DNA of 64,000 nt from Patescibacteria group bacterium (GCA_040384805.1 JAZKIP010000008.1:100749-164748), one strand, 5' to 3'; positions 19,496-30,282 are shown, numbered from the stretch's first letter. Notes: generated from the letters alone by a model not told the origin. Made by a program: numbers and translations.

Positions 19496-20739
19496 TATTG
19501 GCGTCGCTTTTTTAATAAAACAATCGCGATAATACCAATTAAAGCAAGCAGTGGAAGCATTATATAAACCTGCATAAGTGGATTAGAAGAATTTTTTAAT
19601 ACATCTGCTTTCTTCTCGCCTGTCGGCTCATCAACAATAGTAGAAGAGGTGTCCTGCCGTACCGCTTCACTCATGGGAGTGCTCATAGATTCGCTTTCCT
19701 TTACTGCAGGCGAGAAATTATCAGCATACAACCATTGATAATACTCAATCGGCTTATTATTAAAACTGACTGTGTGGCCGCCCGCAAACATATTTATTCT
19801 TTCTATTTCCTTCGTATCTCTTTTGAAAATGATTTGTTCTTCATTGACCTGGTTCATATCCGCACTACCCCCGGTATCTTTCAGGACTTTCTTCGCCAAT
19901 TCGTCGATGTTCGCGAAATCTTCCCGATGTTCATTGATGAAATTGCTGAAAGCGACACGGCAGCCGATTTTCTCAATTACCAAAAGCGGATCAAGATTCG
20001 CGGTGACCTTAAAAGTACTCCCGTTTTTAAATTTCCATATGTTATTTATTGCTTGCGGCTTTATTTGATATTGTTGTTCAATCCGGATACGATTATCGCA
20101 GGAATTAATAGTCGTTTCCAGTTGTCTTGCCAGAAGCGGATAACGGTAAGTAATTTCCACAAAAGCGGGATTCTCCGCAATCTGTGGATTAATTTCGACT
20201 GCCTGATGACTGGTAATCGGGTTGCCGAAATTATATGTAGTCGGAAAGATCGCATCTGCCTGCACTATAAATCTGGTTTCATCATCGTAAGAATATGTAG
20301 GGCTGCTTTCGTATTCATTGATCGGCCATAGTAAAAGCTTGATAACATTTCCTTTTTTATCAACGACAGAGTAAGACTCTTCATAAGTGAAGCTATAGGC
20401 GACATTATCTGCGGATTCATATCTCTTATAATCCTCAAGTTCAAGATCTTCGTTTCCTGTTATTATCTTCACAAGGAACAAAACTCCTCCCGTATCGTCT
20501 TGCTGATAGCATTTCCCTTTTTCCACTATCGCCCATGGCTTACCCAAGTTTTCTCCTGCTTTCGACGAATAGTCAAAAAGCATAAAATATCCAGTTGGAA
20601 GGTTTTCCAGATCGGCAACGCTCAGACAATTTATCTTGTCGTTTTTAACCCAAAAAGCGGGATTAGGCCCTCCGTCATTGGCATACGCCATCGGGGTGAT
20701 TAAAAGGAGAGCGAGAATAAAAATAATAAATTTTTTCAT
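19495..20739 (-). CDS. secreted protein with signal peptide and C-terminal TM anchor
   Basis: MKKFIIFILALLLITPMAYA signal and a C-terminal hydrophobic stretch followed by KKRRQ. Confidence 0.55.
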   Translation of the reverse strand: MKKFIIFILALLLITPMAYANDGGPNPAFWVKNDKINCLSVADLENLPTGYFMLFDYSSKAGENLGKPWAIVEKGKCYQQDDTGGVLFLVKIITGNEDLELEDYKRYESADNVAYSFTYEESYSVVDKKGNVIKLLLWPINEYESSPTYSYDDETRFIVQADAIFPTTYNFGNPITSHQAVEINPQIAENPAFVEITYRYPLLARQLETTINSCDNRIRIEQQYQIKPQAINNIWKFKNGSTFKVTANLDPLLVIEKIGCRVAFSNFINEHREDFANIDELAKKVLKDTGGSADMNQVNEEQIIFKRDTKEIERINMFAGGHTVSFNNKPIEYYQWLYADNFSPAVKESESMSTPMSEAVRQDTSSTIVDEPTGEKKADVLKNSSNPLMQVYIMLPLLALIGIIAIVLLKKRRQ

Positions 20740-20780
20740 AAGAAGCCGACATAAATAAGGTCAACACTTTAATTTGAAAC

Positions 20781-21692
20781 CTAATTGTTATTTACATAAT
20801 CTCTTATCTCCTGAGGAACATCAACTCCCCCATCTATAGCTATTTGCAAATAGTCTTTTGCATTGACCCATTGTTCGTCCCCAATGTAAGAGAGACCGAG
20901 CCAAAAGGCAAGATATGGCTGCTTGGAAATGTCCGGAATCGATGACAACAGGGAAATCGATTGTGCGTAGTTTTCGTTCAGGTAATATGCAATTGCCAGA
21001 TTTTGCTTCGTGATGCCGGACGGCTGAGCTTCATGTGCTTTGATTGCATAAGGGAGCGCCTTTGAGACATCCGAATAGTGAGGCCATTCATCGCCAATAT
21101 CCAAGTAGAAGAGATTAAGGGCATTATTTATCTGAAAATCATTAGGATTTTTCGCGTATGCTTTATTGTATGCAATCAATGCGAGATCCGGTTTACCTTC
21201 AAGAAGGGCTATTTCTCCCGATATCAGATGATAATCCAGACTTCCTTCCGAAGCAAGAGGTAAGGCTTCCTTAAAAGCACTAAGAGCAAGATCGTTTTTC
21301 CCCTCTGAGGCATATACATAGGCGAGATTTACTGTCGTGGTCATCTTCGTACTATCAGTTACAGCTTCTTGTGACGCTTGCTGCAACTGAGAGATCGCCT
21401 GATCAGGATCGCCGCCTTCTTGGTAAGCTTCTTGAGCAGAATTATTCTTATCAACAGCCGGACTATCTACCGCATTTTGTATACGATAAAAAATCAATAC
21501 TCCCGCTATTATCACGCCGGCTGCAAATTTTAATATCTTCTTGGTCGTCCATGTATCTTTTACCACCGAAGAACCGTCTGCCGGCGAGACGGGTATTGAA
21601 TTTGCATTCTGAGTATTTGAAAAAGCGACCCCGCAATTTGTACAGAACTTATGAGTCCCCTCTGATTTTTTTCCGCAATTTTTACAAAACAT
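20781..21692 (-). CDS. zinc-ribbon / TM / TPR-repeat protein
   Basis: N-terminal CxxC-x(n)-CxxC zinc ribbon, one TM helix, and TPR-like repeats. Confidence 0.55.
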   Translation of the reverse strand: MFCKNCGKKSEGTHKFCTNCGVAFSNTQNANSIPVSPADGSSVVKDTWTTKKILKFAAGVIIAGVLIFYRIQNAVDSPAVDKNNSAQEAYQEGGDPDQAISQLQQASQEAVTDSTKMTTTVNLAYVYASEGKNDLALSAFKEALPLASEGSLDYHLISGEIALLEGKPDLALIAYNKAYAKNPNDFQINNALNLFYLDIGDEWPHYSDVSKALPYAIKAHEAQPSGITKQNLAIAYYLNENYAQSISLLSSIPDISKQPYLAFWLGLSYIGDEQWVNAKDYLQIAIDGGVDVPQEIRDYVNNN

Positions 21693-22257
21693 ATTGTTTT
21701 AATTTTTGACTAATAAGATTATACTCGGTTCGATCAGGAGTTTGAAAAGAGCGATACCTCCTTCCGAGCTTGATTTTCTTGCCATTGATCTTAAGCAGGA
21801 TGCTATTCTTACCAAGAGAGATATTATTCCTTAGGGTATAAAGGGGTATTTGCGAATAGATACTTCCTTGGTACTTCTGAGATATTAAATTATTATGCGA
21901 ATCTACCCAAGCCGACCTATATCTTTCCCGCTTCTTGCGATCATTCGACTCTCCAATCGAAGCACCAATTAACGCTCCAAGTATTGAAGCCAGCAAAAAT
22001 CCAATCACTCCTCCTGTTACATTGCCCCTATAATGAGGCAGTTTAATCAAGTATAACGTGTCTTTATTTATTAAAATATCCACTTTTGGCAATGATGAGA
22101 AGGCGAAAAAATTCTTTAAATACCATTCTTTGCTGTAGAGTATATTTTCTATCGGCTTGATTGGGACAATCGAAGGATCGGCATCTGCTTTCCCTCCGCA
22201 GTTGTGGCAGAATTTTGTATCTTTATCCAAACTAACCCCGCAGTTGTGACAATACAT
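21682..22257 (-). CDS. zinc-ribbon membrane protein (paralogous N-terminus to the downstream gene)
   Basis: MYCHNCG...KFCHNCGG, close to MFCKNCG...KFCTNCG in the neighbouring gene. Confidence 0.45.
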   Translation of the reverse strand: MYCHNCGVSLDKDTKFCHNCGGKADADPSIVPIKPIENILYSKEWYLKNFFAFSSLPKVDILINKDTLYLIKLPHYRGNVTGGVIGFLLASILGALIGASIGESNDRKKRERYRSAWVDSHNNLISQKYQGSIYSQIPLYTLRNNISLGKNSILLKINGKKIKLGRRYRSFQTPDRTEYNLISQKLKQYVL

Positions 22258-22461
22258 AAAATTATTTAATTGATAAAAATACGCATGTTATGAAACAATA
22301 TCAAAAATAAGTTAAATAAACCCTAAACTGCTAGTCGCTTCAAGCCAGAATCCAAGGCTCGTTTCGCTGGTTTCATTCTAGCATAACGGCGCATTTTAAG
22401 CCCATTACAATCCTTATAATGACGCGTCCCCTTCAAGTGTTTTAATTCTCCTTAGTAGAAA

Positions 22462-22914
22462 TCATGGTTTATAAACAGGGATCATGATTGCATCTTCCGG
22501 AATATGATATTGGCTGCTCATCATATTAATGAATTCTATTTCCCTCTCGACTCTTTCAACTCGATTCCGACGAAGAATATTATCTATGCATGCATAGGGA
22601 TCATTTTCAAAGTACCGATATTCAATATGCGCTTTAATTTCCAATTCAGCGATAAGATTCATTATATTTTCAGTAATTTTATTGAGACGATCTGATTTAC
22701 AAAAAGCAATATCTGAAATAACAATATTCTTGCCTCCCAGCAGCCCTTTTTTAAGATCTTCAAAATAGATACTGTCAATAAATTCTCGCGATTTTTTATA
22801 ACTTGATTTATGATAATCATCGCAAATCACCGAGTTTCTAAACTCTTCATTCGAAGAAATGTAAGTAGATTTTCCAGATCCGGGAAGACCGATTATGATC
22901 GTAATTTTCTGCAT
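22462..22914 (-). CDS. P-loop NTPase / kinase-like (AAA_33-type)
   Basis: Walker A GLPGSGKST; the start was taken at MQKITIIIG. Confidence 0.6.
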   Translation of the reverse strand: MQKITIIIGLPGSGKSTYISSNEEFRNSVICDDYHKSSYKKSREFIDSIYFEDLKKGLLGGKNIVISDIAFCKSDRLNKITENIMNLIAELEIKAHIEYRYFENDPYACIDNILRRNRVERVEREIEFINMMSSQYHIPEDAIMIPVYKP

Positions 22915-23084
22915 GATAATGTAACAATCTTTAACTCCGAACTTATTCATTATACAAATTGATCAAAAACTTTCATGTCGTCTCAATGACGATAGATTAA
23001 ACATCATCGGCGGCACGTATAAAATCCTTGTTATTGTTTAGGATTTCAACTAAAACATCGTTCAGATATATTCAACTCCTTTCA

Positions 23085-24437
23085 TTAGTATGCTCGCTCT
23101 TCCATTCGAGCCACGAAATCCCTTAGTTTTAAGATCATCGTGTCCCTTGTATTATTACGATCAAATTTCTTAGATTCGCCAAATCCCGGCTGCTCTTGAA
23201 ATCCGTATTCCTCAATCGAATCTGTCGGACGTAGTTTCTTGAATCTGTCATTCAAAGAATCAAAAAGGGCCAGCCTTGTCGCTGTATACATATCCGTATG
23301 CAATTCTATCATTATTTTTCGTATCTGTTCCTCAGGCATAGAAATTCCAGGGAAATTACTCAGTAATGCCTTTGTTCTCTTTTCCTGCACCGTTCCCGCA
23401 TTTTCAGGCGTCATCATCTCGCCTTCTGATAGAATCTCGTTAGTAGCCAAGGGCTCTGTTTCAGTGCCTGAAACAGAGAGATTTTCACCATCCTTTACCG
23501 TAGATTCCATAGGCTCTTTTTTAATCTCAGGACTATCGTTTTTTAACACAGGGAAGGTTTCGCTTTCCGGAATCTTTTCGACTTGTTTTTCCTTAGAAAG
23601 CATGTCAGAAAGTGCAGCATATGTATCCTGTGTGGGCGACACGCCCTCGCCGACAAATGTCCTTGTTAAATAGCCCGTAACGACTCCGTCTGATTTCCTC
23701 TCGGTAGAGACAAGCTCAATAGCTCCCGCATTTCCCAAAGTAACATTATATTCCACTCCGTCGAGCATCACCCGTGAACCGTTATTTAAATTGAAACTTT
23801 CAATAACAGTGTCATAGCTTTCCTTGTTCTTTTTATCACGCTCTGCCTGTTGCAGGCCACGATACCAGCCCGGAGCAAGCTCAGCATTTTTATACGCACT
23901 ATCGCCGAAAGCCAGATATGCTTCCGCTTTGTCGGGATTTTCTCTTAAAAACGCATTCCATGCTTCTTTCGTTTTATGCACGCGCGCCGGATAAGCATCC
24001 TTATAGTCGGCATTTTCTCCCAAGTAATCCTTGACTCGTTGGTTTATCTCTTTGTCCATTCGGGCGATGTGCGGATCATCTTCGGGATTCTGGAAAATAT
24101 TTTTACCCTCTGTAATCTCCGTGTCGGATCCAGCAATGCCTACTTCTTTCTTTAAATCTTCGATTATTTTTTCCGCTTCCTCATCAAGGGCTGCTAATTC
24201 AGAATCAATGTTGCTTTCCTGTTTAATCTTATCAAATGTTTCCTGATCCAAATTTATGCTATTGTTTGCATTTTCCATCTTAACCACAGTCTCGTTTTTA
24301 AATGTCTTGTTTTCAGTATCCGCAAACCGAAAAAAATCCTCAATTGAAATATCCGACTGTTCAAAAGCTTTAAGGGTCGATGATGGTGTCTCGTTAATTT
24401 CGAGAGTATTAGCTGTAGTGATTTCTTGAGGATCCAT
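23085..24437 (-). CDS. acidic low-complexity hypothetical protein
   Basis: 450-aa E/K/D-rich ORF. Confidence 0.5.
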   Translation of the reverse strand: MDPQEITTANTLEINETPSSTLKAFEQSDISIEDFFRFADTENKTFKNETVVKMENANNSINLDQETFDKIKQESNIDSELAALDEEAEKIIEDLKKEVGIAGSDTEITEGKNIFQNPEDDPHIARMDKEINQRVKDYLGENADYKDAYPARVHKTKEAWNAFLRENPDKAEAYLAFGDSAYKNAELAPGWYRGLQQAERDKKNKESYDTVIESFNLNNGSRVMLDGVEYNVTLGNAGAIELVSTERKSDGVVTGYLTRTFVGEGVSPTQDTYAALSDMLSKEKQVEKIPESETFPVLKNDSPEIKKEPMESTVKDGENLSVSGTETEPLATNEILSEGEMMTPENAGTVQEKRTKALLSNFPGISMPEEQIRKIMIELHTDMYTATRLALFDSLNDRFKKLRPTDSIEEYGFQEQPGFGESKKFDRNNTRDTMILKLRDFVARMEERAY

Positions 24438-24439
24438 GA

Positions 24440-24589
24440 TTAATTTTTAAGAATAGAATTTCTTATCTGTTGTATCTTTTCTTCTGTAACTTTCTTTTTG
24501 AATTGAGAAATAACCTGTTTACGCCTAGAGCGCAGATCGGCAAGCTTCATTTGGGTCGTTTTCTTTATATCTAAAATCCGATTTACCAT
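24440..24589 (-). CDS. small ORF (49 aa), translationally coupled to the acidic protein gene
   Basis: Manual translation gives MVNRILDIKKTTQMKLADLRSRRKQVISQFKKKVTEEKIQQIRNSILKN. Its TAA stop lies 2 nt before the next ATG. Confidence 0.3.
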   Translation of the reverse strand: MVNRILDIKKTTQMKLADLRSRRKQVISQFKKKVTEEKIQQIRNSILKN

Positions 24590-24805
24590 GTAACTGAATT
24601 ATACCATAAAATCTTAATTTTTATAGCCTCCTCTAGATTAGGCTTAAGATGAGTATTTCTAATCTACAAGGGCTTGCTCCCCTATTTTTCGAATTATGTA
24701 TTTCCCAACCGAGTCTTGAGCTACAACATCGGATTTGCGATCATAAAATAAGCGACTAATAATTTTGTAATCGGAAAAATTCATAATTTAATCAAATAAT
24801 TATCT

Positions 24806-26026
24806 TCATACAGATCGACGCTTTAAGAAAGCATATTTATTCAGAAAATTAAACATTATAGCAAGAATAAACAGCATCACCGCAAGCGCAATATATGAAC
24901 TTTCGATTCCAAAGCTGTCCATTGCGATACCGACCGCAAGCGGCCCGACCATCGAACCGATATTGCTGATACTGCGCATCACCCCGTCCACTTGCCCGAA
25001 ATGCTCGGGGTTCGCATGAACTGTTATGAGCTCATTATTCCCCACCGACAGAAATTCCACTATCAGGCCAACGAGAAATGCGACAACTAATTTCCATATA
25101 TACCCCCCGAAGAACGGGAGCGAGAAGAGGAGTACGGCAAAGAGCACAAGTCCGTACACGAACGACTTTGTCCCTTTAATGTCGAACCATTTTCCAAGCT
25201 GCCATCCGAAGAGAGCAGGCAGTGTCGCAACAACGCCGAAGATGACTACCATGTTCAGGCTTGCGCCTTCTGTATATACCTCAATGGGAAGAAAAAATGC
25301 AACGACCGTTGCGGCGCATGAAATAAAGAAATTGAGGACAACGAGACTTTTCAGCGCCCAGCTCCACCCGCTTATCTTGCGGGCAGCCGCGGCGGCGCCT
25401 ATTTTATTGTTCGTGATCGGACGAATCAATTCCGTCTCTTTTTTCCTGAATTTCCATACGATAAGAAACGCCACGATCGATGTCGGCGTGATCAAAAACA
25501 AGAGCGTCGCGATAGAGAAATATTTAATAAGCACAATGCCGATGAGTGCCGCGATTATCCACCAAAAATTAGCAATGGTATCGAAATAACCGAATACGGT
25601 GGCAACTTTTTCCGAAGGGGTATGCCGTCTAAAATAGGCTGACCGACCGACCGAATCGAATGCATACGCAATACCGTTGGTAAAGCGCGCGATAATGATG
25701 AACATAACCATGCCAGTAAGTCCCGCGAGCAAATAGCTCGCGCCGATGAAAAAGTACATGAACAATCCGATCAGTACCAAGGTTGAGGCACGAACGCGGT
25801 CTGCGGCAATGCCGATAAGCGGGAGCGCAAGGATGAGTCCTATGTCATAGGTTGAGCGAAGCAATCCTGCTTCCGCAAACGTACCGCTGAAAGAATAGAG
25901 GAAAATAGGGATCAGCGTTTCTGCGAATCCCCATCCGAACCATCGGATCGAAGTTGCAAGCGTAAAAACTTTCACTCCTTTTGGAATACCTTTGTTATTG
26001 AATAAATGCGATAAGTTTCTTTTCAT
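24806..26026 (-). CDS. MFS transporter
   Basis: Twelve-TM pattern, and a GIAADRV loop motif. Confidence 0.85.
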   Translation of the reverse strand: MKRNLSHLFNNKGIPKGVKVFTLATSIRWFGWGFAETLIPIFLYSFSGTFAEAGLLRSTYDIGLILALPLIGIAADRVRASTLVLIGLFMYFFIGASYLLAGLTGMVMFIIIARFTNGIAYAFDSVGRSAYFRRHTPSEKVATVFGYFDTIANFWWIIAALIGIVLIKYFSIATLLFLITPTSIVAFLIVWKFRKKETELIRPITNNKIGAAAAARKISGWSWALKSLVVLNFFISCAATVVAFFLPIEVYTEGASLNMVVIFGVVATLPALFGWQLGKWFDIKGTKSFVYGLVLFAVLLFSLPFFGGYIWKLVVAFLVGLIVEFLSVGNNELITVHANPEHFGQVDGVMRSISNIGSMVGPLAVGIAMDSFGIESSYIALAVMLFILAIMFNFLNKYAFLKRRSV

Positions 26027-26237
26027 ATGATTAGTCCATTCTCTGACTCAGCCTTTTTCTAGTCTGTCTTGGCTTGTAAGAAGCGCATCTTGACCACAGT
26101 TATTTTGCATCGTATATCATAGCCTCTCCGAGCACAAAGATTCTTAGTTTTTTCATAAAGTTATTTTCTGGCATTATCCGTTCGGTTTTGTATACCTTAC
26201 CTCTTAAAGCTTTCCTGACGGTTTCCATTCTATCATT

Positions 26238-27281
26238 TTAGCGTAAGCTTACTGCCCCCCCTGCCCTCGTTTCCGAACTTGCTACAGTGCAGACCACAAC
26301 GGTATCTGCGGTAAAGCTGCCGTCCGGATTCGGTCCCCCGACAAGCGTTACCCTCTCTCCTATTTTCAAATCAGATGAAGATATAGGACCGGTTAAAGTT
26401 TTGATCACCGCTCGATCGGCAAGATTAACAATATGACTCTTGCCGTCATTTCGCTCAATCGTAAATGTGTTACTCCCCACACTTGTGATTTCTCCTGTAC
26501 CGCCAGTGCCTCCGCAGAGGTCGCCGCTTTGCGGCATTTCACCTTCCCTAGTATTAAAGCTATTAGATCGATCGTAAGGATTCACGGGCTGCCCTTTCGG
26601 ATAAACAGCATAAAGCGTAGCGAGAGTTGCAGCAACAACTATAATCACTGCAATAAGTATAATTACATACTTCCTTTCACGCACCCATTTTCCGAGGATT
26701 ACAAACACCCAGAAACCTATCATGACGCCAAGCGCATTCAGTATCACGTCATCGATATCAAATATACCGACATGCAAAACCGTTTGCATTATCTCGATGA
26801 CAAGACCGGCAGCAACCGCAAGAGCGAGAGATTTTTTCCTTGTCATGTTTCGATAAATAAAAGGAACAAGGAATCCGATCGGTACTAGCAAAGCAATGTT
26901 TCCAACGAGATTAATGCCTGCAATAATCCACCCTTTATAGCCAAGAAGATATGGCCCAATAGTCTTAAACGGCACAAAGTTTGCGTGACCTGTGGCTGTT
27001 CCTCCGAAATTAAGCATCAGCTGGTCCACCTTAATAAGCGGCATATCCTTAAACACCATTACTTTGATGAGGATCGCGCTATAAGCGATCAGAATAAGCG
27101 TTGCGATCAATCGTTTCTGCATAGCTTTTGGAGCTGATTTTTGAGCGCGAATAGCATCAAAAAGAGCGCCTATTACTATTCCGAGCGCAATACCTACTCC
27201 GATGTTATCTATTGATACGCCAAGAGCGGTTCCTATGGCTATGCCTAGAGCTATGCCTGATCCTGAGGAATTATCTTTCAT
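26238..27281 (-). CDS. VanZ family membrane protein with C-terminal extracellular extension
   Basis: VanZ-like GNIALLVPIGFLVPF motif. Confidence 0.65.
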   Translation of the reverse strand: MKDNSSGSGIALGIAIGTALGVSIDNIGVGIALGIVIGALFDAIRAQKSAPKAMQKRLIATLILIAYSAILIKVMVFKDMPLIKVDQLMLNFGGTATGHANFVPFKTIGPYLLGYKGWIIAGINLVGNIALLVPIGFLVPFIYRNMTRKKSLALAVAAGLVIEIMQTVLHVGIFDIDDVILNALGVMIGFWVFVILGKWVRERKYVIILIAVIIVVAATLATLYAVYPKGQPVNPYDRSNSFNTREGEMPQSGDLCGGTGGTGEITSVGSNTFTIERNDGKSHIVNLADRAVIKTLTGPISSSDLKIGERVTLVGGPNPDGSFTADTVVVCTVASSETRAGGAVSLR

Positions 27282-27286
27282 ATCTA

Positions 27287-27496
27287 TTAAGAAACGTGCT
27301 TATCTTTGCTCTTCGTGCTGAAATTTGTCCATGAAGTTGAAATAGTAATGAGCATGAGCATTGCATAAAACCATGTATCCTCATATCCATTTACTGCCCA
27401 GATCACAACAAGTGCTATCTCAGCTAAGATTAAAAGTGCAATGCTAATTTTTCTAGTTTTTGATGCCATAAGGGAATTATACTCTACATTATGCAA
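27287..27496 (-). CDS. small membrane protein
   Basis: Two hydrophobic helices. Confidence 0.3.
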   Translation of the reverse strand: MHNVEYNSLMASKTRKISIALLILAEIALVVIWAVNGYEDTWFYAMLMLITISTSWTNFSTKSKDKHVS

Positions 27497-27529
27497 CTCT
27501 ATAAGAATCTTCTCCTGTTTCGAACATAG

Positions 27530-27964
27530 TTATTTATTACGCTTTACCGCACGTTTAATAATTTTTTCAAGCTCTTTTGTATCAATATCGGAAAGTGTGT
27601 TGATATACAGACACCCTCCCCCTTCTTTATACTTGCCTAATTTTAAAAGGAAATCGTTTTCTCCTTTATTTTCTTTTAATCCGCCGACGGTCATTGTAAA
27701 AACTTTTAAGCCATAGAGCGCAATATTTTGCTTGCGTGGAGAAAAACCTATTATCATCCATTCAGCTTCTTTGCCATTTGCATATGCATACTTCTTGCGA
27801 CCGAAACCGATGATCGATGCGCCCCACATCTCGGGCTTTGCTTTCGTTACTTTCTCCATCATGAGAGCTATGACGGAACAATCTCTACGCTTCTCCGCAT
27901 CTTTGATTGTGTTCAAAAATTTCTTCACACTTGCTTTATTTACTTTTGTTTTTATTTCGGGCAT
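27530..27964 (-). CDS. DUF1801 domain protein
   Basis: Architecture matches the YdhG-like DUF1801 family, as far as I recall it. Confidence 0.55.
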   Translation of the reverse strand: MPEIKTKVNKASVKKFLNTIKDAEKRRDCSVIALMMEKVTKAKPEMWGASIIGFGRKKYAYANGKEAEWMIIGFSPRKQNIALYGLKVFTMTVGGLKENKGENDFLLKLGKYKEGGGCLYINTLSDIDTKELEKIIKRAVKRNK

Positions 27965-28010
27965 GGATGATATTTTGCAGACCTGTTAGATGACTTGCCT
28001 CCGTTGGATC

Positions 28011-28487
28011 TTAGCCTTGCCGCGCTCTGTCGATGGCAGCAACATCTATTTTTTTCATTGTCATCATCGCTTTAAAAGCACGTTCTGCTTCTTCGCCGCC
28101 AACTGCCATTGCCTCAGTCAATGTACGCGGTGTGATCTGCCATGATACTCCGAAGCGGTCCTTGCACCACCCGCATGCACTCTCCTGACCGCCATTGCCT
28201 ACAATCGCGTTCCAATAACGATCTGTTTCTTCCTGATCGTCTGTGGCGATCTGAAAGGAAAATGCCTCGCTTTGCTTAAACGTAGGGCCGCCATTAAGAC
28301 CAATACAAGGAATTCCACAGACGGTGAACTCTACCGTTAGTACATCCCCTTTCTTGCCATCCGGAAAGTCACTCGGCGCATAAAAAACGTTATTTAGCTT
28401 GCTGTCCGGAAAAGTAGCAGCATAAAAAGTAGCAGCACTTTCGGCATCTTTATTAAACCAGAGACAAATTGTATTTTTTGGTATCAT
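28011..28487 (-). CDS. VOC family protein (PhnB / 3-demethylubiquinone-9 3-methyltransferase domain)
   Basis: ICLWF...GDVLTVEFTV...ALNGGP...CGWCKDRFGVSWQITP. Confidence 0.75.
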   Translation of the reverse strand: MIPKNTICLWFNKDAESAATFYAATFPDSKLNNVFYAPSDFPDGKKGDVLTVEFTVCGIPCIGLNGGPTFKQSEAFSFQIATDDQEETDRYWNAIVGNGGQESACGWCKDRFGVSWQITPRTLTEAMAVGGEEAERAFKAMMTMKKIDVAAIDRARQG

Positions 28488-28515
28488 ATTTTTATAATAC
28501 CATAACACGTTCGAT

Positions 28516-29187
28516 TTATTGTATGTCTATTTTTTTACCAAGGAATTTAGGCTGTACGCCGAAAATAAAATCAAAAAATACTTTGTCTCGGGCGAGAAAT
28601 TCACGAAGTTTGGTTTTGAATCCTTGTATCGCATCCACATCTTCTGCATTATAACCATATGCTTCAATGCCGTATCTACGGGCGATAAAGACAGCTCGCT
28701 CCGTATGAAACTTCTGCGATATGACGACGATACGCTTCTGTCCGAAGACTTCTTTGGCACGAACCACTGAATCAAGCGTCCGGAATCCTGCATAATCGAG
28801 ATATATATCATCGCTTGGTATTCCACGATCAATAAGTGCATCCTGCATTTCTTCCGGTTCATTATATGAAGCTTTCGCATTGTCACCGCTTACGATGATG
28901 TTCTTGATCTGCCCATGTTCGTAAAGAGCAACAGCCGCATCTATACGATTAAAGAAAAAGGCATTCTTGCTCCCATCCGAGAGTTCCGGGCTCGTACCAA
29001 GCAAAAGCCCGGTCCCCACTTCCGGCAGTTCTGTCATATCGCCTGTTACATATGACGAGCTTGAACGAGTGATGATAAAGTTTGCTCCAAGTGTCCCTAT
29101 AATGAAAAGTACTATTATCCCAACGAGGAGTATGGTTGCCTTCTTGCTCAATTTCGTGACGCGCTTCATATGGTGAAAGTATAGCAT
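28516..29187 (-). CDS. SanA/YdcF (DUF218) family protein
   Basis: IIVSGDN...YNEPEEM...DYAGFRTLDSVVRAKEVF...QKFHTERAVFIARRYGI. Confidence 0.75.
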   Translation of the reverse strand: MLYFHHMKRVTKLSKKATILLVGIIVLFIIGTLGANFIITRSSSSYVTGDMTELPEVGTGLLLGTSPELSDGSKNAFFFNRIDAAVALYEHGQIKNIIVSGDNAKASYNEPEEMQDALIDRGIPSDDIYLDYAGFRTLDSVVRAKEVFGQKRIVVISQKFHTERAVFIARRYGIEAYGYNAEDVDAIQGFKTKLREFLARDKVFFDFIFGVQPKFLGKKIDIQ

Positions 29188-29268
29188 TCTCTTGTGCAGG
29201 TATAGAATCTTAAGTTTTCAATCAATTGAGAGAATCCCTATAAATTCGGTTCTCCTCGGAGTCTGAAC

Positions 29269-29529
29269 TTAGCGAAAGAAAAAATAGAAACCGATGACTA
29301 TTATTATCTGAATAGAAATCGCAACCAGAAGCCTTTTAAGACCGGTAGTTGAAGAGTGGAGTAAATATAGGATTATTAATGACAAAAAATATACTATCGC
29401 TGCCGCCCCTATGATTACCAAAAGATTTGGGCCTTCAGGATCGTTGAAAGAATGGAGCAGTATTCCAGAGAATACAATAGATGTTACGCCCAAGATCAGT
29501 AGCGACGTCTTTTTTGAATGTAAGTTCAT
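29269..29529 (-). CDS. small membrane protein
   Basis: Three hydrophobic segments. Confidence 0.35.
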   Translation of the reverse strand: MNLHSKKTSLLILGVTSIVFSGILLHSFNDPEGPNLLVIIGAAAIVYFLSLIILYLLHSSTTGLKRLLVAISIQIIIVIGFYFFFR

Positions 29530-29597
29530 AGTTTATATTATATCAAACTTAGGAGTCGGCCGTCTCGAGCCAGAATCATGCGTCGATCAAGCCCTGT

Positions 29598-30218
29598 CTA
29601 GTTTCTCTGACTTCCTTTTAATTTATCGAAGTGACGCTTTTCGTGCAGCTTAAAAAACGATAAGAATAAAATAAAGAAGCCAAGCCCATTCATTATTCCG
29701 TATGCTATCGGGAATATGACATTTGGCAACGTAATAGCAGTAACGGAAATGAGAGCAAATATATCAGCAACCACGAGTAGCCCCCAATAAATTGCTTGCT
29801 CTGTTGCCGGATATCGATACATCTTAGCTATAGTCGGCGCATATGCAATGCAATCCGCAGCCACCGCAAATATCATCGCTATAAGCGGATTGGAACTAAT
29901 CAGCCAGCCGATTATCGCAACCGCAGCAAGGATAAGCGTAACAATATCAATTTTTCCAAACTTTTTATACCCATAGCCTTTAATACATAGAAAAACTACT
30001 GCGAGATTACAGATTGTTGCCCCAATTAAAAGAAAGATAGACCACGAAGCTCCTGCACTAATTTGGGCAATCAGTGTAATTGAAACCGTCACAGCCCAAA
30101 GTATCCACGAGATTAGGTTGGGGCGAGTTGAACCTCGAATAATGGAGAACAGGTATGGGACAGTTGCAATAATCTGAACTACTCCTGCGAAAATTCCAAG
30201 TATTAGTTGCCATTTCAT
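29598..30218 (-). CDS. multi-TM membrane protein
   Basis: Hydrophobic throughout; the start was taken at MKWQL. Confidence 0.5.
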   Translation of the reverse strand: MKWQLILGIFAGVVQIIATVPYLFSIIRGSTRPNLISWILWAVTVSITLIAQISAGASWSIFLLIGATICNLAVVFLCIKGYGYKKFGKIDIVTLILAAVAIIGWLISSNPLIAMIFAVAADCIAYAPTIAKMYRYPATEQAIYWGLLVVADIFALISVTAITLPNVIFPIAYGIMNGLGFFILFLSFFKLHEKRHFDKLKGSQRN

Positions 30219-30282
30219 TTTTAAATTATAACAAAAAAACCGCTTTCGCGGATATTGTTGACGCGTCTTGTGCACAGACGGA

